Source of the DNA: Lingula anatina
Taxonomy: Eukaryota > Animalia > Brachiopoda
Length of the DNA: 64,000 bases
NCBI GenBank assembly: GCA_051362555.1
Contig: CM120647.1
Coordinates: 310,001 to 374,000, forward strand
Reading direction: 5' to 3'
A program made the position numbers and the translations under genes. Below, piece by piece: positions 11,865 through 26,200 of the stretch (its first letter is position 1; every line of letters starts with the position of its first letter). Below the pieces are notes generated by a model. The model was not told where the DNA came from. It made no database searches and saw only the letters and a program-made list of their open reading frames with translations.

Positions 11865-14239
11865 TGTTACATGTAATGATGGAGATCTACAGACTGAAAG
11901 TGGTTGTGAGAAGACACAACAGCTACTCACTAGTCAAATAAAGTGTTGAGACAGAGATTTTCCATAGATGGCAGTAGTGAGGGATCAAAGAGTATTCTCT
12001 TGTACCTGATTCTGTTCAATGCATCTCACAGTATTGAAGTTTACTTTTAGTCATTCAGACTTACGGAATTTGCTTGAACAAAAGGAGAAACCTCACATAG
12101 CATTTTTTTTTTTGAAAACTTCCTCCATGTTTTACGATCAAAATTAAATATTTCGCAGTCACCGGTGTGTCCTGTCTTGATGTTGTAACAGTAATTAACA
12201 AGCCACTCTATCTGTAGAACACGTCACCTGTGTGCTGGATGTCAAGGAGGTGCAATCATTTTATTGGAGAGGGTATTTTACTGTGGAAGAAACGGACAGG
12301 ACGAAAAGGATGAGATTTTATCATTTAAAGAAAAAAAAAGAAACAGTGTAAAACTGGATGTTTTCCATTTGTTTTGTTTTTGAATATTATTTTATGAGAT
12401 TTTCATTGTTCAAGTCTTTATTAAGATTTACTTTGTTACTTATATTCCAATGTATACTCACATTGTTTAGTATTGTGTTCTAGTATTTTCCAAGTGTTCT
12501 TAGGATGTTCTGTATTTTCATGCTCATCAAGGGCCAACTCTTTGCTGCATTTAGTGCCAATGATAAAACGCACATTCTTTTTCTGACTTTTTTCTGTTAT
12601 AATCAGTATCTTATAATAGACATGGCCAATCAACACTGTCATTTACTATAATTTTACTTACATATTAATAGTTCATATTATGATGATGATATCAGTGTAT
12701 CATATAGGAAATGGAATAGTTTTATGGAAGAATGCCATTTGAAAGGAAAATCATAAGTTCAAAATGGACAAAAGAATCAGATATGGAAGGTGTGGAAAAT
12801 GTCTTTGGCACTTGTTAAAGATGCATACAAAGTCAATTTTTTGTCACAAAAACCAACCAAATGCCAGCATATAGTTTCAAGTAGTATAACTAAGAGAATT
12901 ACCAAAAGGCATTGTTTAATTTTACCCGAAAATGATGTTTGAACAGATTTTTCTGCTGGCATTCTAAGCTGTATGTCAATGGGGCAGGAAAGTAGGTCAC
13001 GGAAGTAGGTTAAATTTACAACCATAAATTTAAAGAAAGGAGCAGTCTAAAGGTCTTTTATGGCTGATCGAGTGATCTATACAGTTTATCCCTTGGCATG
13101 TCAAATTTATTTGAGTCATATAAGAATCTAGTAGAAGTGGTTTACATGTGTTACTGGGAATCCACGCTCCACCGATGCTCGGTTTCGTATGTACCTTTAA
13201 TGCTTGAGACAGATCAGGCAATAACTGGCACATAGTTTAGCGTTTACTTGTATTAATAATTTAGTTGTATGTTTTAAGAGGAGATTGAGAACTTGCACTC
13301 ATTCAGTAGGATATACAGACATTTTACCTTGTATCTGGTCATACCCTTGATTCAGAAATCAATCAATATTTATACAGAAAGGAAGCAAATTGAAAATTGC
13401 TGCAGCTTTTGAGTCAAGTAACCAGTATCATAAAATATGCCCTTCAATTAGTGAAAATATTTGAAAATATGGCAGTGGTATTTTTGGCTTCCAAAAAGTA
13501 TGAAATCTGTCAATGTCAGATAAACCTCACCCCTTTATTTAATAAATTCACAACATGATATTGGTTCATCTTTCAACATTGAAATAAACTCACAACATGG
13601 TAAATGGTTTATTCTCAAGATGAGCTGAGCTGGAGATCAAGCCTGTAGTTAAAGCTAGACCAGGCACAAGGCAGTACTATAGTACATGTTGTATTGATTG
13701 ATTTGACCAATAAAGTATAACATGTGTGTAATAAAATGTGAGCAATTCTGTTTCAATAAATGATGTAAAAAAACAACGTCTCTGTTTCATCACAACAGAT
13801 GTTGGGTTCAGAGCTTCTGAAACCAACTAAAGGCATGGGACGCCATTACGTGTCACGCTTCTTGATAAGTCCCGTCTCATCCAGTCAGTACTTTACTCCA
13901 TCAACAACAATGTCAATGTCAATGCAATCTCAGTTCCTTTCCCTGCAAAGGCATTGGTTTCTACACTGTATTAGCAGTGCCATAACAGCTTTTTCTTTTT
14001 TTTCAAAATCAAAAAAATCCTTGCCACACCTTCTGGTGACTGTCTAGAACAGGATGGGATATAGGCAGAATACAGAGCTCTGTGTGGAAACTGTTCAAAT
14101 TTTGAAAATACCGTAGAATGGATTTTGAAAAGATCAAATGAATGTAACCAATCAGACCAAGCTTAACATGAGACAAGCGTAGTCACCGACCAAAGAAGGC
14201 ATGCTAAAGAAACGGTGTAGGCCCTGTCTATCTGACCAA

Positions 14240-17200
14240 TCACAGCAGGTCAAAGAAGTAGTCTAGGCCCTGCCCTATCTCCCATATAGAGATGCCAGTC
14301 CCCAGCTCATTGGCCAGATCAAGTCTGTCCTTTATTGATTGTAAGCTGGGATAATATACAACATGGCTGCCTATGCCTGTCCTGAAAGTAGAATATAAAC
14401 TGTATAACATCTAATGTATCAGTAAGTAATATGCAACATGGCTGCCTATGTCTGTCCTATAGTAGAATATAAACTGTATAACATCTGATGTACCAGTAAG
14501 TAATATATAACATGGCTGCCTATGTCTGTCCTGAAAGTAGAATATAAACTGTATAACATCTGATGTACCAGTAAGTAATATACAACATGGCTGCCTATGT
14601 CTGTCCTGAAAGTAGAATATAAACTGTATAACATCTGATGTACCAGTAAGTAATATACAACATGGCTGCCTATGTCTGTCCTGAAAGTAGAATATAAACT
14701 GTATAACATCTGATGTACCAGTAAGTAATACAACATGGCTGCCTATGTCTGTCCTGAAAGTAGAATATAAACTGTATAACATCTAATGTACCAGTAAGTA
14801 ATATGCAACATGGCTGCCTATGTCTGTCCTGAAAGTAGAATATAAACTGTATAACATCTGATGTATCAGTAAGTAATATATAACATGGCTGTCTATGTCT
14901 GTCCTGAAAGTAGAATATAAACTGTATAACATCTGATGTACCAGTTAGTAATATATAACATGGCTGCCTATGTCTGTCCTGAAAGTAGAATATAAACTGT
15001 ATAACATCTGATGTACCAGTAAGTAATATATAACATGGCTGCCTATGTCTGTCCTGAAAGTAGAATATAAACTGTATAACATCTGATGTACCAGTAAGTA
15101 ATATATAACATGGCTGCCTATGTCTGTCCTGAAAGTAGAATATAAACTGTATAACATCTGATGTACCAGTAAGTAATATATAACATGGCTGCCTATGTCT
15201 GTCCTGAAAGTAGAATATAAACTGTATAACATCTGATGTACCAGTAAGTAATATATAACATGGCTGCCTATGTCTGTCCTGAAAGTAGAATATAAACTGT
15301 ATAACATCTGATGTACCAGTAAGTAATATATAACATGGCTGCCTATGCCTGTCCTGAAAGTAGAATATAAACTGTATAACATCTGATGTACCAGTAAGTA
15401 ATATATAACATGGCTGCCTATGCCTGTCCTATAGTAGAATATAAACTGTATAACATCTGATGTATCAGTAAGTAATATACAACATGGCTGCCTATGTCTG
15501 TCCTGAAAGTAGAATATAAACTGTATAACATCTGATGTACCAGTAAGTAATATATAACATGGCTGCCTATGTCTGTCCTGAAAGTAGAATATAAACTGTA
15601 TAACATCTGATGTATCAGTAAGTAATATATAACATGGCTGTCTATGTCTGTCCTGAAAGTAGAATATAAACTGTATAACATCTGATGTACCAGTAAGTAA
15701 TATATAACATGGCTGCCTATGTCTGTCCTGAAAGTAGAATATAAACTGTATAACACCTGATGTACCAGTAAGTAATATATAACATGGCTGCCTATGTCTG
15801 TCCTGAAAGTAGAATATAAACTGTATAACATCTGATGTACCAGTAAGTAATATATAACATGGCTGTCTATGTCTGTCCTGAAAGTAGAATATAAACTGTA
15901 TAACATCTGATGTACCAGTAAGTAATATATAACATGGCTGCCTATGTCTGTCCTGAAAGTAGAATATAAACTGTATAACATCTGATGTACCAGTAAGTAA
16001 TATATAACATGGCTGTCTATGTCTGTCCTGAAAGTAGAATATAAACTGTATAACATCTGATGTACCAGTAAGTAATATATAACATGGCTGTCTATGCCTG
16101 TCCTGAAAGTAGAATAAAAACTGTATAACATCTAATGTACCAGTAAGTAATATACAACATGGCTGCCTATGCCTGTCCTATAGTAGAATATAAACTGTAT
16201 AACATCTGATGTATCAGTAAGTAATATACAACATGGCTGCCTATGTCTGTCCTGAAAGTAGAATATAAACTGTATAACATCTGATGTACCAGTAAGTAAT
16301 ATATAACATGGCTGTCTATGTCTGTCCTGAAAGTAGAATATAAACTGTATAACATCTGATGTACCAGTAAGTAATATATAACATGGCTGCCTATGTCTGT
16401 CCTGAAAGTAGAATATAAACTGTATAACATCTGATGTATCAGTAAGTAATATACAACATGGCTGCCTATGTCTGTCCTGAAAGTAGAATATAAACTGTAT
16501 AACATCTGATGTATCAGTAAGTAATATACAACATGGCTGCCTATGTCTGTCCTGAAAGTAGAATATAAACTGTATAACATCTGATGTACCAGTAAGTAAT
16601 ATACAACATGGCTGCCTATGTCTGTCCTGAAAGTAGAATATAAACTGTATAACATCTGATGTATCAGTAAGTAATATATAACATGGCTGCCTATGCCTGT
16701 CCTATAGTAGAATATAAACTGTATAACATCTGATGTATCAGTAAGTAATATATAACATGGCTGCCTATGCCTGTCCTGAAAGTAGAATATAAACTGTATA
16801 ACATCTGATGTACCAGTAAGTAATATACAACATGGCTGCCTATGTCTGTCCTGAAAGTAGAATATAAACTGTATAACATCTGATGTACCAGTAAGTAATA
16901 TATAACATGGCTGCCTATGCCTGTCCTGAAAGTAGAATATAAACTGTATAACATCTGATGTACCAGTAAGTAATATATAACATGGCTGCCTATGCCTGTC
17001 CTATAGTAGAATATAAACTGTATAACATCTGATGTATCAGTAAGTAATATACAACATGGCTGCCTATGTCTGTCCTGAAAGTAGAATATAAACTGTATAA
17101 CATCTGATGTACCAGTAAGTAATATATAACATGGCTGCCTATGTCTGTCCTGAAAGTAGAATATAAACTGTATAACATCTGATGTACCAGTAAGTAATAT

Positions 17201-20200
17201 ATAACATGGCTGCCTATGTCTGTCCTATAGTAGAATATAAACTGTATAACATCTGATGTACCAGTAAGTAATATACAACATGGCTGCCTATGTCTGTCCT
17301 GAAAGTAGAATATAAACTGTATAACATCTGATGTATCAGTAAGTAATATATAACATGGCTGTCTATGTCTGTCCTGAAAGTAGAATATAAACTGTATAAC
17401 ATCTGATGTACCAGTAAGTAATATATAACATGGCTGCCTATGTCTGTCCTGAAAGTAGAATATAAACTGTATAACACCTGATGTACCAGTAAGTAATATA
17501 TAACATGGCTGCCTATGTCTGTCCTGAAAGTAGAATATAAACTGTATAACATCTGATGTATCAGTAAGTAATATACAACATGGCTGCCTATGTCTGTCCT
17601 GAAAGTAGAATAAAAACTGTATAACATCTGATGTACCAGTAAGTAATATACAACATGGCTGCCTATGTCTGTCCTGAAAGTAGAATATAAACTGTATAAC
17701 ATCTGATGTACCAGTAAGTAATATATAACATGGCTGCCTATGTCTGTCCTGAAAGTAGAATATAAACTGTATAACATCTAATGTACCAGTAAGTAATATA
17801 TAACATGGCTGCCTATGTCTGTCCTGAAAGTAGAATATAAACTGTATAACATCTAATGTACCAGTAAGTAATATACAACATGGCTGTCTATGTCTGTCCT
17901 GAAAGTAGAATATAAACTGTATAACATCTGATGTACCAGTAAGTAATATACAACATGGCTGCCTATGTCTGTCCTGAAAGTAGAATATAAACTGTATAAC
18001 ATCTAATGTACCAGTAAGTAATATATAACATGGCTGCCTATGTCTGTCCTGAAAGTAGAATATAAACTGTATAACATCTGATGTACCAGTAAGTAATATA
18101 CAACATGGCTGCCTATGCCTGTCCTGAAAGTAGAATATAAACTGTATAACATCTGATGTACCAGTAAGTAATATATAACATGGCTGCCTATGTCTGTCCT
18201 GAAAGTAGAATATAAACTGTATAACATCTGATGTACCAGTAAGTAATATATAACATGGCTGCCTATGCCTGTCCTGAAAGTAGAATATAAACTGTATAAC
18301 ATCTGATGTATCAGTAAGTAATATACAACATGGCTGCCTATGTCTGTCCTGAAAGTAGAATATAAACTGTATAACATCTGATGTACCAGTTAGTAATATA
18401 TAACATGGCTGTCTATGTCTGTCCTGAAAGTAGAATATAAACTGTATAACATCTGATGTATCAGTAAGTAATATACAACATGGCTGCCTATGTCTGTCCT
18501 GAAAGTAGAATATAAACTGTATAACATCTGATGTACCAGTAAGTAATATATAACATGGCTGCCTATGCCTGTCCTGAAAGTAGAATATAAACTGTATAAC
18601 ATCTGATGTACCAGTAAGTAATATATAACATGGCTGCCTATGCCTGTCCTATAGTAGAATATAAACTGTATAACATCTGATGTATCAGTAAGTAATATAC
18701 AACATGGCTGCCTATGTCTGTCCTGAAAGTAGAATATAAACTGTATAACATCTGATGTACCAGTAAGTAATATATAACATGGCTGCCTATGTCTGTCCTG
18801 AAAGTAGAATATAAACTGTATAACATCTGATGTACCAGTAAGTAATATATAACATGGCTGCCTATGTCTGTCCTATAGTAGAATATAAACTGTATAACAT
18901 CTGATGTACCAGTAAGTAATATACAACATGGCTGCCTATGTCTGTCCTGAAAGTAGAATATAAACTGTATAACATCTGATGTATCAGTAAGTAATATATA
19001 ACATGGCTGTCTATGTCTGTCCTGAAAGTAGAATATAAACTGTATAACATCTGATGTACCAGTAAGTAATATATAACATGGCTGCCTATGTCTGTCCTGA
19101 AAGTAGAATATAAACTGTATAACACCTGATGTACCAGTAAGTAATATATAACATGGCTGCCTATGTCTGTCCTGAAAGTAGAATATAAACTGTATAACAT
19201 CTGATGTATCAGTAAGTAATATACAACATGGCTGCCTATGTCTGTCCTGAAAGTAGAATAAAAACTGTATAACATCTGATGTACCAGTAAGTAATATACA
19301 ACATGGCTGCCTATGTCTGTCCTGAAAGTAGAATATAAACTGTATAACATCTGATGTACCAGTAAGTAATATATAACATGGCTGCCTATGTCTGTCCTGA
19401 AAGTAGAATATAAACTGTATAACATCTAATGTACCAGTAAGTAATATATAACATGGCTGCCTATGTCTGTCCTGAAAGTAGAATATAAACTGTATAACAT
19501 CTAATGTACCAGTAAGTAATATACAACATGGCTGTCTATGTCTGTCCTGAAAGTAGAATATAAACTGTATAACATCTGATGTACCAGTAAGTAATATACA
19601 ACATGGCTGCCTATGTCTGTCCTGAAAGTAGAATATAAACTGTATAACATCTAATGTACCAGTAAGTAATATATAACATGGCTGCCTATGTCTGTCCTGA
19701 AAGTAGAATATAAACTGTATAACATCTGATGTACCAGTAAGTAATATACAACATGGCTGCCTATGCCTGTCCTGAAAGTAGAATATAAACTGTATAACAT
19801 CTGATGTACCAGTAAGTAATATATAACATGGCTGCCTATGTCTGTCCTGAAAGTAGAATATAAACTGTATAACATCTGATGTACCAGTAAGTAATATACA
19901 ACATGGCTGCCTATGTCTGTCCTGAAAGTAGAATATAAACTGTATAACATCTGATGTACCAGTAAGTAATATATAACATGGCTGCCTATGCCTGTCCTGA
20001 AAGTAGAATATAAACTGTATAACATCTGATGTATCAGTAAGTAATATACAACATGGCTGCCTATGTCTGTCCTGAAAGTAGAATATAAACTGTATAACAT
20101 CTGATGTACCAGTTAGTAATATATAACATGGCTGTCTATGTCTGTCCTGAAAGTAGAATATAAACTGTATAACATCTGATGTATCAGTAAGTAATATACA

Positions 20201-23200
20201 ACATGGCTGCCTATGTCTGTCCTGAAAGTAGAATATAAACTGTATAACATCTGATGTACCAGTTAGTAATATATAACATGGCTGCCTGTACCTGAAAATA
20301 GACTAAAAACTGCAAATGGCTGTCTGTACTGGTTATGAAAGTGGAGTAGGTAAATGCAAGGGCTGGTACCAATTAAAACACAGTGAAAAAAAAAACTGCA
20401 CCAGAAAGCTGTGTATAAGTCTTTTTAGGCTGTAGTGTAAATAAAAGTAAAAACCATGAGTACAGGGTCTTGAAGAATTTAAAGATTTTAATGGAATTTT
20501 TATCAACCAATAATTAATAACTATGAGTTAAAGATATATTAAGTGATTTAAAACATCATTTCTTCTTTTTTAAAAAACTTTAAAATATTAAAATAAAACA
20601 AAAGGCAATACAAAATTGTTTCTCACTTGTATTGGAATGTATGCTCGGAGGAGGTGGCGTCCCAGACCAGCTTAGGTTTATGTTTTGTAAGTATTTCTAT
20701 AAACCTGAAAAAGAAAAGGTTTTATGTGTAAAAAGTCATACACAGCTTGCAATTAGATAAAAGATGAAATAAACATCACTAAGAAATTTAGTCAATATCA
20801 TCCAACATATCTGGAATCAAAGCAACAAAATTGTCATAAATACAGATATAAAGCAGATTATAACCACTGGTGCACAAGAGGTTTTTAAAATTAATTTTGA
20901 AGCAACATCATATAGTTACTGACACAAAATTTTACTTATGATCATAAGGTTTCAAATTATGGACATTCATAAAATGTATCTTGAAAATGCCAATGTGTGA
21001 ACAATGAAATAAATTCACACACATACACACATAATTAAAATAATTAAGAAAAAACAGCATATGTGAAGTTCAAGTAACAGAACCTAATCACCGATATTTA
21101 AGTCCAAAAAATCACTCCAGTAAATTTGAGGATGAAAAGTCAGGTAATTATACATTTACCGAATTTACAGTGAAAAGTGCACAATACAGACCCTGTCCAC
21201 TGTTTCAGGTGATGGCTATATGTGCAAACACACATTGTCCGTACATAAAAAAGATTACTGAATTCTAAGGGACCATTCCCAGACTCTATCGTACCAACTG
21301 TGGAACGATCTACCTCCAAGGCTTAGGGGATTCTAGCTAATTTGCAATCAACTTATAAGTGGCTTAGATGTCTGTCATGCCTACTGAAGCTGCTAGGGAT
21401 TTCATACACGCTCTGCTTCTGGAAGTTGTTTCACATCGTCATGAGCGTGATCATTGCGCATGTGCATCCAGGTAGCTACAGTCAGACATCTCTCCCCCCT
21501 CCTCCCCTCTCCCCACATCTTCCTCATCCTTTTCACTAATTATACTCACTGCTGTCCCAGTATTGGCCCCCCTCCTCCACTCTCTGCCTGGTTTTATCTA
21601 TTCCTAACTATACTCACTGCTGTCCCAGTATTGGCCCCCTCCACCACTCTCTGCCTGGTTTTATCTATTGCTAACTATACTCACTGCTGTCCCAGTATTG
21701 CCCCCCCTCCTCCACTCTCTGCCTGGTTTTATCTATTCCTAACTATACTCACTGCTGTCCCAGTATTGGCCCCCCTCCTCCACTCTCTGCATGGTTTTAC
21801 CTATTGCTAACTATACTCACTGCTGTCCCAGTATTGGCCCCCTCCTCCACTCTCTGCCTGGTTTTATCTATTCCTAACTATACTCACTGCTGTCCCAGTA
21901 TTGGACCCCCTCCTCCTGGTACATAGTCGGCACCATAGAAATTCAGGCCTAGTAATATTTTCCTCCTATAGGGGGAGGCACTTTCTGGTACCAAGGTCTC
22001 TACACAGCTCCTCATCCAGCTTAGGGGGCTGTTAGGACCAGGGCTGAAAAATAACAGAGAATACTGGGAAATACACTGGATACTACAGCATCAGAGTGGT
22101 GCTACTGCCTCCAGGACTTGTACCACCAGTTCAGAGAATTAAACTGAAACAAATAATTATGACTGAGAAAAAAAAATTGCTGGGACCAAAAGTGCTGCCA
22201 GATGCAAGTGAAAAAAAAAATTCTTAATTTATGTCAAATACAACTGCCTTTCAAGCTGGTTAAGGTAAAATATCAAATAAGTGAAAATTAATTTAGAAAT
22301 CAGCCAAGCTACTCTTTTAACTAAAGCTTGTGTACATGTATACCTCATAGGGTTAGAGTAATCATAGGTCATGTATACCTCATAGGGTTAGAGTAATCAT
22401 AGGTCATGTATACCTCATAGGGTTAGAGTAATCATAGGTCATGTATACCTCATAGGATTAGAGTAATCATAGGTCATGTATACCTCATAGGATTAGAGTA
22501 ATCATAGGTCATGTATACCTCATAGGGTTAGAGTAATCATAGGTCATGTATACCTCATAGGATTAGAGAAATCATAGGTCATGTATACCTCATAGGGTTA
22601 GAGTAATCATAGGTCATGAGACTAAAGGCATCCATGACAGGGGCCAGGGCCTCAAACTCCTCCACACCTACCATCCCTGGGCTGTTCCTACAACAGAATG
22701 AACATACAGATATTGGCAGATATGTTGACCATGGTGTGAGAAGTTTTATCTGTAGTTACTTTACAACTACAACAATCAAGTAAACAATATACTTTATGCT
22801 GAAATTATTGGACCATTTTCTTAAACTAAGTTACTTGTTTGAGGACTTTTTTCTATGCATCTAATCTAAATTCTAATATCTTAATTGTAACACAGAAAAT
22901 ATTCAGGAAATTGTATCTCCTGTAGCAAACAATTAGGCATCTCATGTCAAGTGACATTAGCACATTTTAGGTAGTTGAAGTAAATTGTTGTGATCACAAC
23001 AAAACACAACAAGTTTTCCAAACTATTACCTCTGCATCAGAGGAGGAGGAAGAACAAGAATCACTTTTTTATTCTCTGCATGGAAATCTTCAGCAAAGTG
23101 CTCCAGGAAATGGACCAGTTCTCTGGATGTAAGAAAGTAATAACATGACAGAGAATGTACTATATAATATAACAACTCCAGGAAATGGACCAGTTCTCTG

Positions 23201-26200
23201 GATGTAACAAAGTAATAACATGACAGAGAATGTACTATATAATATAACAACTCCAGGAAATGGACCAGCTCTCTGGATGTAAGAAAGTAATAACATGACA
23301 GAGAATGTACTATATAATATAACAACTCCAGGAAATGGACCAGTTCTCTGGATGTAAGAAAGTAATAACATGACAGAGAATGTACTATATAATATAACAA
23401 CTCCAGGAAATGGACCAGCTCTCTGGATGTAAGAAAGTAATAACATGACAGAGAATGTACTATATAATATAACAACTCCAGGAAATGTACCAGTTCTCTG
23501 GATGTAAGAAAGTAATAACATGACAGAGAATGTACTATATAATATAACAACTCCAGGAAATGGACCAGTTCTCTGGATGTAAGAAAGTAATAACATGACA
23601 GAGAATGTACTATATAATATAACAACTCCAGGAAATGGACCAGTTCTCTGGGTGTAAGAAAGTAATAACATGACAGAGAATGTACTATATAATATAACAA
23701 CTCCAGGAAATGGACCAGCTCTCTGGATGTAAGAAAGTAATAACATGACAGAGAATGTACTATATAATATAACAACTCCAGGAAATGGACCAGTTCTCTG
23801 GATGTAAGAAAGTAATAACATGACAGAGAATGTACTATATAATATAACAACTCCAGGAAATGGACCAGTTCTCTGGATGTAAGAAAGTAATAACATGACA
23901 GAGAATGTACTATATAATATAACAACTCCAGGAAATGGACCAGTTCTCTGGATGTAACAAAGTAATAACATGACAGAGAATGTACTATATAATATAACAA
24001 CTCCAGGAAATGGACCAGTTCTCTGGATGTAAGAAAGTAATAACATGACAGAGAATGTACTATATAATATAACAACTCCAGGAAATGGACCAGTTCTCTG
24101 GATGTAAGAAAGTAATAACATGACAGAGAATGTACTATATAATATAACAACTCCAGGAAATGGACCAGTTCTCTGGATGTAAGAAAGTAATAACATGACA
24201 GAGAATGTACTATATAATATAACAACTCCAGGAAATGGACCAGTTCTCTGGATGTAACAAAGTAATAACATGACAGAGAATGTACTATATAATATAACAA
24301 CTCCAGGAAATGGACCAGTACTCTGGATGTAACAAAGTAATAACATGACAGAGAATGTACTATATAATATAACAACTCCAGGAAATGGACCAGTTCTCTG
24401 GATGTAAGAAAGTAATAACATGACAGAGAATGTACTATATAATATAACAACTCCAGGAAATGGACCAGTTCTCTGGATGTAAGAAAGTAATAACATGACA
24501 GAGAATGTACTATATAATATAACAACTCCAGGAAATGGACCAGTTCTCTGGATGTAAGAAAGTAATAACATGACAGAGAATGTACTATATAATATAACAA
24601 CTCCAGGAAATGGACCAGCTCTCTGGATGTAAGAAAGTAATAACATGACAGAGAATGTACTATATAATATAACAACTCCAGGAAATGGACCAGTTCTCTG
24701 GATGTAAGAAAGTAATAACATGACAGAGAATGTACTATATAATATAACAACTCCAGGAAATGGACCAGTTCTCTGGATGTAACAAAGTAATAACATGACA
24801 GAGAATGTACTATATAATATAACAACTCCAGGAAATGGACCAGTTCTCTGGATGTAACAAAGTAATAACATGACAGAGAATGTACTATATAATATAACAA
24901 CTCCAGGAAATGGACCAGTTCTCTGGATGTAACAAAGTAATAACATGACAGAGAATGTACTATATAATATAACAACTCCAGGAAATGGACCAGTTCTCTG
25001 GATGTAAGAAAGTAATAACATGACAGAGAATGTACTATATAATATAACAACTCCAGGAAATGGACCAGTTCTCTGGATGTAACAAAGTAATAACATGACA
25101 GAGAATGTACTATATAATATAACAACTCCAGGAAATGGACCAGTTCTCTGGATGTAAGAAAGTAATAACATGACAGAGAATGTACTATATAATATAACAA
25201 CTCCAGGAAATGGACCAGTTCTCTGGGTGTAACAAAGTAATAACATGACAGAGAATGTACTATATAATATAACAACTCCAGGAAATGGACCAGTTCTCTG
25301 GGTGTAAGAAAGTAATAACATGACAGAGAATGTACTATATAATATAACAACTCCAGGAAATGGACCAGTTCTCTGGGTGTAAGAAAGTAATAACATGACA
25401 GAGAATGTACTATATAATATAACAACTCCAGGAAATGGACCAGTTCTCTGGGTGTAAGAAAGTAATAACATGACAGAGAATGTACTATATAATATAACAA
25501 CTCCAGGAAATGGACCAGTTCTCTGGATGTAAGAAAGTAATAACATGACAGAGAATGTACTATATAATATAACAACTCCAGGAAATGGACCAGTTCTCTG
25601 GATGTAAGAAAGTAATAACATGACAGAGAATGTACTATATAATATAACAACTCCAGGAAATGTACCAGGTCTCTGGATGTAACAAAGTAATAACATGACA
25701 GAGAATGTACTATATAATATAACAACTCCAGGAAATGTACCAGTTCTCTGGATGTAAGAAAGTTATAACATGACAGAGAATGTACTATATAATATAACAA
25801 CTCCAGGAAATGGACCAGCTCTCTGGATGTAACAAAGTTATAACATGACAGAGAATGTACTATATAATATAACAACTCCAGGAAATGGACCAGCTCTCTG
25901 GATGTAAGAAAGTAATAACATGACAGAGTATGTACTATATAATATAACAACTCCAGGAAATGGACCAGTTCTCTGGATGTAAGAAAGTAATAACATGACA
26001 GAGTATGTACTATATAATATAACAACTCCAGGAAATGTACCAGGTCTCTGGATGTAACAAAGTAATAACATGACAGAGAATGTACTATATAATATAACAA
26101 CTCCAGGAAATGGACCAGTTCTCTGGATGTAACAAAGTAATAACATGACAGAGAATGTACTATATAATATAACAACTCCAGGAAATGGACCAGTTCTCTG

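Noticed and set aside
13534-13546. Bidirectional poly(A) signal (tttatt-t-aataaa) between convergent SLC25A32 and CHID1
   Set aside because: Such hexamers are frequent in AT-rich DNA and several alternatives are nearby; unsupported without 3'-end data.
14411-20100. Many 60-240 aa repetitive ORFs
   Set aside because: Same 75-bp satellite artefact, broken by random stops and 1-bp deletions.
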